Below are positions 14,845 through 24,421 of a stretch of DNA of 49,403 nucleotides, in pieces (positions within the stretch are counted from its first letter, which is position 1; each line of letters begins with the position of its first letter). The notes beneath the pieces were generated by a model. That model had not been told where the DNA came from, did not search any database, and saw nothing but the letters and a program-made list of their open reading frames with translations. Origin of the DNA: a virus; IMG/VR virus record IMGVR_UViG_3300045988_091734, positions 1-49,403 of that record, one strand, 5' to 3'. The position numbers and the translations under genes were made by a program.

Positions 14845-17800
14845 TCACCCCACTTTTTAAACATCAGGTTAGAGCGAATTATCCCGCCTATTGCGGAGTT
14901 GACATATGGCGCAATCGCTGTCGCAATCATCTTTCCGTCAACGGAGAAATTATTCTGGATTGTTGTTGGAGGAAGCCCGGAAACAGCCGTTGCAATATCT
15001 GCGGGATTCTCGATGCGCACCCAAAGCACCCCATTTTCATTGTTGGTGATGTTCGGAGCTGTTCTTTCTTTGAGTGCGGTTAGGTAGTTTTTCTGCATCG
15101 TTTCAAGCGTTGTGTGCATCTCGCGGATAAACGTCAAATTTTCCGCTACTTGCCTCCTGTTTTCGTATGCTTTATCTGCTGCTTCCTGTACCTTGTCCCA
15201 GTAGCCGCTTCCTTCGCGTGCTCGCCGATTCTCTTCCTGCTTTGCTTCGAGGACGGCAAGAACGTCGGCAAGCTCCTGCGGATTCGTTTTGGGATTTGGA
15301 GCCCAGTATTCCATCAGATGCCCGCCGACTGCAAGCGGTGCATCCGCAGCGCGCCCCTTTCCTGTGGAAATATCACCCAAGAAGTCGTATGGCGTAGTTC
15401 TGGTTTTGTATTCATCTAAGTGTCCGCCGACCGCAAGCCCTCCGTACTCGATGCCAGCTCTGCCTAACCCTGTGGAGATATCGCCAAGATAGTCATACGG
15501 GGTTTCGGTAGTCGGAATAGAAGAATCTGTTGTATACTTCGGAATTTTTGTCCCGATTTCGGTGTCAAATCCAAGGCTTTTGAGCAACGCGTTAATTTTC
15601 GGAATCTCTTCTTCGAGCGTCTGCTTCATGAGGTTGATGCCAGCCAAGAATGCAGTCTTGTTTTCCGCCATTGCCGCCGTGATAGCATCCGACTGGTTAT
15701 AAATTTTAGAAAGCTCCGCAACCTTTTCTCGCATCGCTTGATACACTTCGTCCGTAGCAAGTGACAATTCGGTTGCGGTTTCGGCAATGGACTTTTCAGC
15801 TTCACGCGACCGCTGATAGTCTGCGTTTAACTGTGCGATTTCCTCCGGCGTTAGGTTGAGCAAGCGCGACAGATAAGCGTCGTTCTCCTTTGAGTAGGTT
15901 GTGAGCTGTTGCAAGATGCCAACGTCAACCCCCGATGCTTCCGCTTGCTTTATTGCATCATTGTAGGCATTGAGCGCATCCGCATTCGTCCCGTACCAAC
16001 TAAGCACATTTTCCTTGCTGTAATCGGTATCGAGGAGCTTCTTCATTTCCTCCTGCGTGTGCGTTACCATGTAGCCCCTGCCCGACGCAACGCCCTTGTA
16101 GGATTCCTGCGCCTTTTTCAGCGTGTCCGCGCGGTAGGTGTCCATGTCTATCAGCGCGGTTTTAAGGTCTTCGAGGGCTTTCTTCTCGTCCTCGACCGCT
16201 TTGTTGAATTTTACCTGTTCCTCGACTTCTGGGTGTGCGCGTTTGTACGCTTCCCATTCCGCTGTTGCCCGTGCAAGCGCGGTCTGATTCTCGTTCAGCT
16301 CATCGTTGGTTTCTTCGATTTCCTTGTTTACGTTTTCAAGTTCGGTTGCGTATCCGCTCGTGTCGAATGTTTGCAGATTCATCGCTTCTGCAAGCATTTC
16401 CCACGCATTTTCTTGCACGTCGTTAAACGTATGATGGAAGTCAGAATAGAAGCCATTACGCGCTCTAATGATGTCGTTGTACTGCGAACTTCCATCAGGC
16501 GCTTCGCGCATAAACTCTTCCAAAGTATCGGCGAATGTATAGTCGCTGATGTCAGACATGGTACGAACAAACGACGAATAGGCGCTTTCTGCCGCATCCT
16601 GATATGCAGCTTTTACTTCCTCGGCGTTAGACCCCACAATTAGCGAGTTTAGATAATCTCTGCGTGCATATAGGGATTCGAGCTGTTTTTCCGTTTCATC
16701 AACTGCTGCTTGTGCATCGGTAACGGCGGTATCATGTGCACCATACAGCGACACGCCATTCACGGTATCCACATACTGTTTAATTCTTTCTGTGTTGCCC
16801 ATAATGGCGTCAGATGTTAAATCAACGTATTGCGAAAGTCCCGGCATGACGTTTTTGAGGTTTTCGAGGGCTTCCTGCCATGCTTTCGTTGCCTTTACAG
16901 CTTCGCCGCTCTCCTGCTCCATGTTGCGCATGGAATTAACGATTGTGAGCGACTGCGCGTATGTCGCCTTTGCGTCGTATATTGATTCGTCCCGCTCTTG
17001 CATGATTTTTTCGGCTGTCGTGTACTGGTACGACTTGTCAGACAGCACGTTGTTAAGCAGCGAAATCGCGGGCGTTACAACGCCAAGCAGCCCCTTGCCG
17101 AACTCCGTCTTAATGCGGTCGAGGTTCGTTTGCAGCTTGCGCATTTCGTTCGAGAAGCTGTCCCCAGTTCGCGCGAAGTCGCCCTGAGCGTCCTTCGTGG
17201 CTTCCAGCAGATACTGATAGCGCAGCGTTGCTTGTTCCGCCTGCGACATCTTGTCAAACGCCTTTGTCATGCCCTTTTCGAGCGCAAAGGCGTTTAGGTT
17301 CGCGACGGACATGTTGATGCCCAAAGATTTTAACGGTTCTGTTTCCCCGGAGATACCGGAGCGGATTTTCTCAAATGCCGTGTCGTGGTCGAGGTTGTAG
17401 AACGACGCCATATCCGCCGCCAAACCCGCCATATCCATGGACATTTGCGTTACCTGGTCATCCGCGATGCCCATCGACTTAAGCATAGCGCCGATTGTTG
17501 ACGTATACTGTTTCGCCTTGGTTTCCGTGATGCCGTAGGCGTTCAGCGCCTCCTGCGCCCACTTGTTGATGGTGTCCGCAGAATCCTCGAACGTCACATC
17601 AACAACGTTCTGCGTCTCTGTAAGGTCGGACGCAAGTCCGATTGATTCGCTGATTGACCCCGTGATGCCGTCGATAATGCTATTGATGCCGTTGACCGCC
17701 ATGTTGGCAAGGAACTGTCCGCTTGCAATATCGCCAATAACGTCGAGTTGGCTCAAAAATCCGCTCAGCACCCCGCCGCCAGAATCGCCCGAACCACCGT

Positions 17801-18062
17801 TGCCGTCTGCCGCTTGCTGCAAAGACTGGATTTGCTGCTGCAGACGCTGTATTTCCTCCGTCGCTTGCGTAGACTGCTGCTGCGCTTGCTGCAGTTCCGC
17901 TCGAAAACGTCCACCGTCAAACGTCGGATGCACTGCAAGGCTATTGAGCTCCTGCTGAAACTGCTGCATTTCCTGCCGGATTTTATTAAGTTCTTGCGTG
18001 TATCCGCTTGTATCAATCTTGAAACTTGCGTACAACTCAAATGCTTCCGCCATCTTCTGCAC
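14841..18062 (-). CDS. tail tape measure protein
   Basis: 1073 aa, largely helical, with a TP901-type core (...AMLKSMGIADDQ...SGISGETEPLKSLGINMS...). Has an internal duplication TPYD[YF]LGDISTG.GRA...LAVGGH..EY. Confidence 0.9.
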   Translation of the reverse strand: MQKMAEAFELYASFKIDTSGYTQELNKIRQEMQQFQQELNSLAVHPTFDGGRFRAELQQAQQQSTQATEEIQRLQQQIQSLQQAADGNGGSGDSGGGVLSGFLSQLDVIGDIASGQFLANMAVNGINSIIDGITGSISESIGLASDLTETQNVVDVTFEDSADTINKWAQEALNAYGITETKAKQYTSTIGAMLKSMGIADDQVTQMSMDMAGLAADMASFYNLDHDTAFEKIRSGISGETEPLKSLGINMSVANLNAFALEKGMTKAFDKMSQAEQATLRYQYLLEATKDAQGDFARTGDSFSNEMRKLQTNLDRIKTEFGKGLLGVVTPAISLLNNVLSDKSYQYTTAEKIMQERDESIYDAKATYAQSLTIVNSMRNMEQESGEAVKATKAWQEALENLKNVMPGLSQYVDLTSDAIMGNTERIKQYVDTVNGVSLYGAHDTAVTDAQAAVDETEKQLESLYARRDYLNSLIVGSNAEEVKAAYQDAAESAYSSFVRTMSDISDYTFADTLEEFMREAPDGSSQYNDIIRARNGFYSDFHHTFNDVQENAWEMLAEAMNLQTFDTSGYATELENVNKEIEETNDELNENQTALARATAEWEAYKRAHPEVEEQVKFNKAVEDEKKALEDLKTALIDMDTYRADTLKKAQESYKGVASGRGYMVTHTQEEMKKLLDTDYSKENVLSWYGTNADALNAYNDAIKQAEASGVDVGILQQLTTYSKENDAYLSRLLNLTPEEIAQLNADYQRSREAEKSIAETATELSLATDEVYQAMREKVAELSKIYNQSDAITAAMAENKTAFLAGINLMKQTLEEEIPKINALLKSLGFDTEIGTKIPKYTTDSSIPTTETPYDYLGDISTGLGRAGIEYGGLAVGGHLDEYKTRTTPYDFLGDISTGKGRAADAPLAVGGHLMEYWAPNPKTNPQELADVLAVLEAKQEENRRAREGSGYWDKVQEAADKAYENRRQVAENLTFIREMHTTLETMQKNYLTALKERTAPNITNNENGVLWVRIENPADIATAVSGLPPTTIQNNFSVDGKMIATAIAPYVNSAIGGIIRSNLMFKKWGD

Positions 18063-18650
18063 CTCCCCTCGCCATTAGTCCGTTTATAATATCGTCGCAG
18101 ATTTCCTCTGCTGTTTTTTGCTTTGTTTCGTGTTTTTCTTCGCCGAAAACGTCGCTGTATGACGGGATTTCAAGATTCGCGCCGCAGAACGACGAAATAG
18201 CAAGCACCGTCATCCACGCCATATTAGCCATGTAGCAACGTTTTGCTTCCTCCTGCGTTTCGTGCGCCAGAAGCACCCCCAGCGCGTGAACGTTTTGCGG
18301 GCGGTATTTGTATAACACAGGGATTACATGATGCACCCCAGACGAAGCGCAAAGGTAAAAAAAGCAAACAGCGAATCGAGCGTGTCCTTGTCCATCATGG
18401 CGGCAGTTTCGGTGAAGTCCATTTCTGCGACTTCCTCCGCCGTCTTGCCGTGCATCGCGCCGAGAATGCCCATCGTTTCCTTGGGATGCTTGGCGTACAA
18501 AATCGGCAGCATCTTCATCAGGATGTCGCGCCCGACAACGTCGCCCTTGCTCTTTTCTTCCACAAAGGCTTTCATTTCCTTGCTGTTTACCAGCTTGTCG
18601 ATGTAGGGAATGGCGTTCGCCATCTGCTCAAATGCGGTTGCGGTATTCAT
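18037..18650 (-). CDS. tail assembly chaperone -1 frameshift fusion product (G-T-like)
   Basis: A -1 slip on GCT TTT TTT ACC (18357-18363) joins the 18324..18650 frame to the 18037..18336 frame (...FFYLCASSGVHHVIPVLYKY...). Confidence 0.6.
18324..18650 (-). CDS. tail assembly chaperone (G-like, frame 0 product)
   Basis: 108 aa between the major tail and tape measure genes; contains a slippery T7 near its 3' end. Confidence 0.7.
   Translation of the reverse strand: MNTATAFEQMANAIPYIDKLVNSKEMKAFVEEKSKGDVVGRDILMKMLPILYAKHPKETMGILGAMHGKTAEEVAEMDFTETAAMMDKDTLDSLFAFFTFALRLGCIM
18357..18363 (-). promoter_or_regulatory. programmed -1 ribosomal frameshift slippery heptamer T TTT TTT
   Basis: Seven consecutive A on the plus strand (T7 in the mRNA), in X XXY YYZ register of the chaperone frame, 11 codons before its stop. 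Confidence 0.6.
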
Positions 18651-18709
18651 GCGTTTTCCTCCTCAAAATTCACGAAAGTGCGGCAGGGTTCGCGCCCTGC
18701 CGCGTGTTG

Positions 18710-19315
18710 TTAGGCAGCAGGGTCGAAGAAAATGACCTCGCAAGGTGCATATCCGTCGGTTTCAAGCCCGTCCTGATGCGCGGTAAACTCCACCGGGATA
18801 GTGCCCTCGCCCTTGTCCGTCCACGTCAGCGTTGCGCCCGCCGTGTTCAGCGCGTTTTTAATGGCAATCAGCACATAGCCCTTCGAGGTGTCGCCCACCC
18901 AGACAAGGCTATCAATATAATCCGCATCCTTAATGTCGGTGCGAATCTTGATGGTGTGCTTCTTCTCCGTGTCCGTTACGTCGGCAGTGCCGAAAGACCG
19001 CTTAAGGTTGGTGGCGTTGATTTCCAGCAGGGTAGTCGTCAGCTTGATAGTCCAGCCATCGTTGACGCTGCTGCCTTTCCATTCCTCGCGCTTGCCGTCC
19101 GCCTCGATGCTGCGCGTGTTGGGCGTGCAGACGAACGTGCCGCCGCCGCGCGTTGCGCCAATCAGCGCAGAGCCGCTTGTCTTTTCGCGCTCCGTTTTCA
19201 GCAGCGCGCCCAGCGTCGCCGCGTCCGTGGCGGTGGAATAGTCAAAATTGGCGAGAAACATCCCGGCATTGAGTTGCAAATTCTCAAATGTACTTGCCCG
19301 AAGACCAGTCGTCAT
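18710..19315 (-). CDS. major tail protein
   Basis: 201 aa, positioned between the tail-completion genes and the chaperone; strong RBS. Confidence 0.7.
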   Translation of the reverse strand: MTTGLRASTFENLQLNAGMFLANFDYSTATDAATLGALLKTEREKTSGSALIGATRGGGTFVCTPNTRSIEADGKREEWKGSSVNDGWTIKLTTTLLEINATNLKRSFGTADVTDTEKKHTIKIRTDIKDADYIDSLVWVGDTSKGYVLIAIKNALNTAGATLTWTDKGEGTIPVEFTAHQDGLETDGYAPCEVIFFDPAA

Positions 19316-19328
19316 TTTTTACCTCCTA

Positions 19329-19727
19329 TTAGGTGTAGTAAGTCACGATTTCGTAGTAAATCCGCCCGTAACAGACGCTTTTGAGCGTCGTGTCTACTTC
19401 AAGGCGGAAGAAGTTGCTATTATTGCGGTACAGGGTGATAAAGCCATCGTCGCAATAGATTGCAGTTCCCTCCGGCGGAATAGCGCGGCGAACCTCGTCA
19501 AGAATTGCCGCACGCTGCAAGTTTACATTGCTGCCGTTTTCCGCTTGACAGCACAGCGTGCAAATCATTGTAGATTTTCCGAATGCGTCCCCTTCTTGCA
19601 CCTGAAACGCGAAGTAGGGAAAAGACGCTTCCTCCGGCACCGCGTCCTCGATGTATGCAGGGATGGGCTTGCCCTCGTAGGTGAAGCTGCTCCAAAACTT
19701 GTATAGTTTCCGCTGCAAGTCAATCAC
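19329..19727 (-). CDS. tail completion / tail terminator-like protein
   Basis: 132 aa, 4-nt overlap with the upstream gene, canonical position. Confidence 0.5.
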   Translation of the reverse strand: MIDLQRKLYKFWSSFTYEGKPIPAYIEDAVPEEASFPYFAFQVQEGDAFGKSTMICTLCCQAENGSNVNLQRAAILDEVRRAIPPEGTAIYCDDGFITLYRNNSNFFRLEVDTTLKSVCYGRIYYEIVTYYT

Positions 19728-20065
19728 GCAGTTACCACCTCCGCGTCCGCCTCGCGGAAGTGCATATCGCTCTGCTCCGGCGTTGTCATATCCCGCGCGT
19801 CGGACGTGATGCGGAAGACCTTACCGTCGGAAATCCGTTTCACGCGGTCGTTCGGAAGCAGTTCCAGCATATCGGAAAACACGATGGTAAATAGTTCGCG
19901 GATGCCGTTTTGGTATGCAATCCTGGCTTCCGTGCTGCTGTTGCGGATGAATCCGGCACGGAACGGCGCGCCATCTGCCCATGTGACAACGATGCCGCCC
20001 ATGCCGTCGGATTCCGTGCGCTTGTCAACGATGCAAGCGTCATCGAGAAAATCAGTCCACGCCAT
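19724..20065 (-). CDS. head closure / head-tail joining protein
   Basis: 113 aa. ...DKRTESDGMGGIVVTWADGAPFRAGF...RITSD resembles the head-tail joining family. Confidence 0.55.
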   Translation of the reverse strand: MAWTDFLDDACIVDKRTESDGMGGIVVTWADGAPFRAGFIRNSSTEARIAYQNGIRELFTIVFSDMLELLPNDRVKRISDGKVFRITSDARDMTTPEQSDMHFREADAEVVTA

Positions 20066-20493
20066 CAGCCCACCTCCGTGTACATATGCCTATACGGTCG
20101 CAGCTTGTCCGCGAATGCCGCTTGCCACGTCACAACGCCGTTGCTGCCAGTCGCCCGCGAATAGCTGTAATGCCCGAACGATTCCGAGGTGTATGCCCCC
20201 GTTGGGTTTTTCGTCTCGTACTCCGCGCACTCTTTTGCAATCTCAACAAACGGGCGCGGCGGGTACAGAAACCACAACGTGCCGTCGAAAGTTTCCTCCC
20301 CGTCCGCATCCTCCATTGCGCCAGAAACAAGGCTGTGAACGCCGTCGTTCCGAGCGCTGCCGCTGATGTATACATAGGGCGAACCTACATCAGGAACGAT
20401 TTTACCGCCCGCGATGCGAATCTCCCCTGCGTACTTGCAGCGCTCAAAAAAGTTGTTACACTCGCGCATTGCCATTTCCAGCGTCACAGCCAT
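20065..20493 (-). CDS. head-tail connector/adaptor protein
   Basis: 142 aa directly after the major capsid gene; function assigned by position. Confidence 0.45.
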   Translation of the reverse strand: MAVTLEMAMRECNNFFERCKYAGEIRIAGGKIVPDVGSPYVYISGSARNDGVHSLVSGAMEDADGEETFDGTLWFLYPPRPFVEIAKECAEYETKNPTGAYTSESFGHYSYSRATGSNGVVTWQAAFADKLRPYRHMYTEVG

Positions 20494-20506
20494 GTTCCCA
20501 CCTCCA

Positions 20507-21865
20507 TTAGGTCGCCGCCGTCACCGTCGCGCTGCCGGAGCGAATCACGCGGTAGTCGCTGGTGCATTCCGCAACCGTCACCTTCTGCCCGGTCGCAATG
20601 GCAAGGTCAGACGTGCCGTCCCAGCTGCTCCAGGTCCGCACATTCTGTCCATAGGTCGCAGTCGGCGCGGTCGTGCCAGCTTTCACCTTGTACAGGTTGG
20701 AGCTGGATTCCTTCGCGGGGCTGACAGTCAGCGTCGTGTTGCCCTTGCCCGTGCCAGCGGCAGAGGAAACCGTCAACTGCCCCGTCGCCGCGTCCGTGAT
20801 GGTTGCAATCCAGATACTCTGCGGATTGAAGATAACGGGCATGAACAAGCCGGATGCCCGCGTCCAAAGAACAACGGGGTCGTTCTCCACCCACTGCGAC
20901 ACCATCACATAGCGGTGCTGACCGGACTGATTGATGTTAAGCCCGGTGTTCGCGGTGTTGACCGTTTCTTCCGGGGTCTGTCCCCACAAGCCCGCGCCGA
21001 TGCGCGTCATGGCGCTGCCAGTGCCGATGAACGTCATCTTGTTCTGCGGGAAATAGCGCTTGGTCGTGCGAATCGGTCGCCCGTCCGCACCGATGCCGCC
21101 ATCAATGGCGTACTGCAAATCGTTAGTGATAACGCGGTTGATGCCGTACTCCGTGGAAAGGAACGTATCCAGCGCGGCGTTGCTCACATATGCGCCCTCG
21201 CTCAACGTGCCGTTGATGCGCTTCTGGACTGCGCTGTTTGCGCGAATCTTGTTGATAACCTTGCGGCTCGTTACGATGGTGTCCAGCGTCGTGCCAGCGT
21301 CCAGCGCGGTATCAACGACGAACTGAATCTGCGCAGGAATGTCCGCGTCCTCGCTGAAATCGAACGTGAACTCCGTCTGCTCCGGCTTCACGCCATAGTC
21401 GATGGTCAGGTCGAGGTCGTTTTCCTTGATGGTCATTTTGCCAGTCGCCAGAACCTCGTTCTTCGCAACCTTCGTGCGCGTCACAACTTGGTCGGCAAGC
21501 GTGATGCCGTCGCGGATAACGTAGTCATACATTGCGTCGTTCTGCACGCCGGAACGCAGCAGCGCACGCATACTCTCGGACTGGTTAATTTTTACCTTAA
21601 TCAGTCCCTTTTCAATGCTGTGCGTATCGACGGGGATGCGGGTGGCGATTTTCGTCCGGCTGTCGAAGCTGTGGAAGTCAGCCATCACGGGAAGCTGGTA
21701 CTGATTGGCAATCTCCTGCCACTTCGCCACAAGGTTTTCGCTGTATTCATCGGGAAACAGCGCATCAACCGGGTCATTCGGGCGGGTGACATTGCAGCCA
21801 ACATCCAGCCACTCTTCCTTGGGGATAAGACCGAAAATATTGTTCTCAAACGACGGAATCGGCAT
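20507..21865 (-). CDS. major capsid protein with C-terminal Ig-like extension
   Basis: 452 aa after the scaffold and decoration genes. The last ~100 aa (TITDAATGQLTVSSAAGTGKGNTTLTVSPA...VTVAEC...) look like a Big/Ig-type beta domain. Confidence 0.75.
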   Translation of the reverse strand: MPIPSFENNIFGLIPKEEWLDVGCNVTRPNDPVDALFPDEYSENLVAKWQEIANQYQLPVMADFHSFDSRTKIATRIPVDTHSIEKGLIKVKINQSESMRALLRSGVQNDAMYDYVIRDGITLADQVVTRTKVAKNEVLATGKMTIKENDLDLTIDYGVKPEQTEFTFDFSEDADIPAQIQFVVDTALDAGTTLDTIVTSRKVINKIRANSAVQKRINGTLSEGAYVSNAALDTFLSTEYGINRVITNDLQYAIDGGIGADGRPIRTTKRYFPQNKMTFIGTGSAMTRIGAGLWGQTPEETVNTANTGLNINQSGQHRYVMVSQWVENDPVVLWTRASGLFMPVIFNPQSIWIATITDAATGQLTVSSAAGTGKGNTTLTVSPAKESSSNLYKVKAGTTAPTATYGQNVRTWSSWDGTSDLAIATGQKVTVAECTSDYRVIRSGSATVTAAT

Positions 21866-21880
21866 AGTATTCTCCTTTCG

Positions 21881-22240
21881 TCAGTACGGGCGCACCGTCG
21901 CGGCTTCGGCGGCGATGAAGTAGAAGCCCTTTGCGGTCAGCGCGCTCTTTGCGGTGCTGGTAATGGAGACGGGCAGACGGCTCTCGTAAACCGTGCCGCG
22001 CGTCACGACGCTGCCGGGCATATCGCCGCTGGTAACGTCCACATCCTCGTACACGATGCCGACGGCAGTGCCGTCATTCGCGGGGTAAACAGTCCCCATT
22101 TTGACGTACTTCGCGCCGTTTTCGGCGGTTGTAGCGCCCGACTGCTTAATCTGCTTGGTTTCGCGGATTGCGTCCTCCGCGTTCTCAAGAAAATAACCGG
22201 GCTGGTAAACAGTCCCGGTCGCCTTATTGGTGAAACTCAT
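21881..22240 (-). CDS. putative head decoration / capsid accessory protein
   Basis: 119 aa between the scaffold and capsid genes. Confidence 0.45.
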   Translation of the reverse strand: MSFTNKATGTVYQPGYFLENAEDAIRETKQIKQSGATTAENGAKYVKMGTVYPANDGTAVGIVYEDVDVTSGDMPGSVVTRGTVYESRLPVSITSTAKSALTAKGFYFIAAEAATVRPY

Positions 22241-22833
22241 TTATTTGCTCCTTCCGGCGCAACTGCGCCATACATATCTTGCGCGTACTTCGCCGCCAGT
22301 GCTGCGGCGCGTCCGCTGCCGTGCGTGGCATTGCCGCCGCTCGGCGGGGTTGTGGGGGGTGTACCCTGCTGCTGCTGCGTGGAGAAAAGGTCGCTATACT
22401 CGCCCTTGAGCGCGTCAATCAGCTTGTCGCCGTCCTTGATTGCGCCCTTGTCGTCGAGTTCGATGCCGTCCAGTCCGCGCTTTGCCATCACGAGGTCTGC
22501 AAGTTTCTCCTGCATCCCCTTGCTTGTCAGCAGCTTTCTTGCGGCGGTTGTCAGCGTCGCGGTTTTCTTTTCCGTTTCCACCTGCTGCTTGTAGGCGTCG
22601 AACGCCTCCTGAATCTTCTGCGCGTCGCCGCCGCTCTTCTTCGCGTCGGCAAGCTGCTGTTTGAGCGTGTCGCGTTCCGTGGTCAGCGCTGCAATCTGCT
22701 GCGCCTGTTCCGCGTATTTGTCACGCTCCGCCTTGATGTCGTTGATTGCGTCACTGTGGGCTTCCACAATCGCGTCAATCGCTTCATCAGGCACGTTCAG
22801 GGCTTTCAGGCTTTTTCTGGTGAGGATGTTCAT
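22237..22833 (-). CDS. capsid scaffolding protein
   Basis: 198 aa, acidic coiled coil (…ERDKYAEQAQQIAALTTERDTLKQQLADAKK…), upstream of the capsid gene. Confidence 0.7.
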   Translation of the reverse strand: MNILTRKSLKALNVPDEAIDAIVEAHSDAINDIKAERDKYAEQAQQIAALTTERDTLKQQLADAKKSGGDAQKIQEAFDAYKQQVETEKKTATLTTAARKLLTSKGMQEKLADLVMAKRGLDGIELDDKGAIKDGDKLIDALKGEYSDLFSTQQQQGTPPTTPPSGGNATHGSGRAAALAAKYAQDMYGAVAPEGANK

Positions 22834-22965
22834 GATTCAATCTCCTTTGCTTCGGGGCGCGGTGCTTTGCGCCTTTGATTGTTTGCGGAAATGCGGTGCC
22901 TTGCCTTTCCGCGTATATGTAAACAGCGCACGGCGGTGCTTTGCCATGCGCTGATGTTGCTGTAA

Positions 22966-23385
22966 TTAGTCCATATTCTGCTTGATTACGTCCGCCATGA
23001 TGTCCACAAGGCGTTCCGCGTTTGCGGAATCTGCGAACGTGTCCGTCATGAACGGTCTGCCGGGGGTGTATCCTCCCGGCATGACGCGGAACTCGCCTTT
23101 GTCGCCCAGCTTGGGGAAGAAAACGGCGTGTCCGGCGTGTCCATCGTGCACATAATGCGCGTACTCAACGTTTGTGCCGATGGTTACTTCGTTGTTGTCA
23201 GGGTCAATGTCGGCGGTGATGCTTCGTGCAAGGTTGCCCGTGTCGTAGACTTTATGCTCATAGCCAGTAACCATCTTCTCGCGCACCATGCCGACAGCTT
23301 CTTGCCCAACAGCCAAAAGCCCGATTTCCATCGCGCGTTTCAGCTTCTCGTTGATTTCCTGCGTGTGGTCTACGAACCCGATCAT
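22966..23385 (-). CDS. HK97 gp10-like minor structural protein
   Basis: ATG 23385 in an ATGA overlap with the Mu F-like gene. TGNLARSITADIDPDNNEVTIGTNVEYAHYVHDGH matches the gp10-family signature as recalled. Confidence 0.55.
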   Translation of the reverse strand: MIGFVDHTQEINEKLKRAMEIGLLAVGQEAVGMVREKMVTGYEHKVYDTGNLARSITADIDPDNNEVTIGTNVEYAHYVHDGHAGHAVFFPKLGDKGEFRVMPGGYTPGRPFMTDTFADSANAERLVDIMADVIKQNMD

Positions 23386-24296
23386 TCCTTTTCCTTCTTT
23401 CGGATGTTGCCGTCTTCGTCCACATACTCGGTGGACAGGATTACCTTTGGCATAATCATGCAGTAGCAATTGATTGTTTCCGCTGCGCTTCCGTTCGGGT
23501 CGCCCGGAAAGCGGATGTTGCTGTTCGGGAAACACTCGCCTTGCTTTGCCATCTTGCCATGTCGTGCCATATGCGCTTCACGGCTATTCTTGAAGCGGCA
23601 GAACCACTTGTTGTAAACCGTTACGCCTTGGTCTGCGGCTTCTTGCGACGCGGCGTAACTCGCTTGACTTTGTGAGCGCGTCCGCTCTGTCTGCGCCACG
23701 CGCCGCGCTTGCCACTCGCTCTGCCCCGTGATGTCGCCGATGCGGTTCATCAGCTTCTTCCGGTCCTCGCCCAGCGTAGATGAAAGCGCCAGCGCATTTT
23801 GCAACTTGTGGCGAATTTCGATGTTCTGTCCAAGATTTTTGTATGCCAGCTTCGTGAATGCTGTTTCGTTAGCGGCAAAAATCGCCTTGATTTCGCGTTT
23901 GTTCGGTTGCGCGAACGACACCTTGACACCCGCGCGGTCTGCTTGCGCCTCGATGACGGTTTGCGCCTCGCCTAAGCTGTCGGCGTACACGTCGCCCATC
24001 GTGTTCCGGATGTCGTCGGTTGCTTTGCTGCCTGCCTTGCAGATTTCCTCCATGATGACTTCTTCCACGCGGTATTGGCGGATGAGTTCGCGGACAAAAC
24101 CCGCTTTCCACTGCTCCACCTTTTCCGGCGTGTCGTAGTACGCGGGCGGCTTTATCTTGCCTTCGTCCACTTGCTGCTTTTTCCGCAAGAAGTCTTTCAG
24201 GCGCTCCGTGGCGATGTCAAGGGCTTCCTGATACATCTGCTGGATGCGCATTTGCAGCGCGGCTTCTCGCAAATCGTTGCGCTCCACGTCCGTCAC
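23382..24296 (-). CDS. head morphogenesis protein (SPP1 gp7 / Mu F-like)
   Basis: 304 aa after the portal. C-terminal ...AQTERTRSQSQA...NSREAHMARHG...INCYCM typical of the Mu F-like minor capsid family. Confidence 0.75.
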   Translation of the reverse strand: MTDVERNDLREAALQMRIQQMYQEALDIATERLKDFLRKKQQVDEGKIKPPAYYDTPEKVEQWKAGFVRELIRQYRVEEVIMEEICKAGSKATDDIRNTMGDVYADSLGEAQTVIEAQADRAGVKVSFAQPNKREIKAIFAANETAFTKLAYKNLGQNIEIRHKLQNALALSSTLGEDRKKLMNRIGDITGQSEWQARRVAQTERTRSQSQASYAASQEAADQGVTVYNKWFCRFKNSREAHMARHGKMAKQGECFPNSNIRFPGDPNGSAAETINCYCMIMPKVILSTEYVDEDGNIRKKEKE

Positions 24297-24421
24297 GGCT
24301 TACCATCCTCTCCCTCATCAAAGAGTGAGAGCAAAATAGGTAAGATAAATCGAATCACCACAAAACCCCAACAACCAAACAAGAGCCAGCCTGGAACGAT
24401 GACGTTATTCGCTGCCAACAC
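24293..24421 (-). CDS. possible 42-aa hydrophobic peptide between portal and Mu F-like genes
   Basis: GTG 24421 to TGA 24293 (GTGA overlap with the next start) encodes ...VPGWLLFGCWGFVVIRFILPILLSLFDEGEDGKP. Weak RBS, low certainty. Confidence 0.3.
   Translation of the reverse strand: MLAANNVIVPGWLLFGCWGFVVIRFILPILLSLFDEGEDGKP

Noticed and set aside
20414-22594. 726-aa plus-strand ORF. Similar long plus-strand ORFs occur at 39396..40913, 28826..29770, 15909..16643, 8455..9201 and 18632..19384
   Set aside because: All lie antisense to well-supported, RBS-preceded minus-strand genes (capsid, ERF, TMP and others). They have Arg/Ala/Gly/Pro-rich compositions typical of the reverse frame of GC-rich coding DNA, and they lack RBSs and recognisable motifs.
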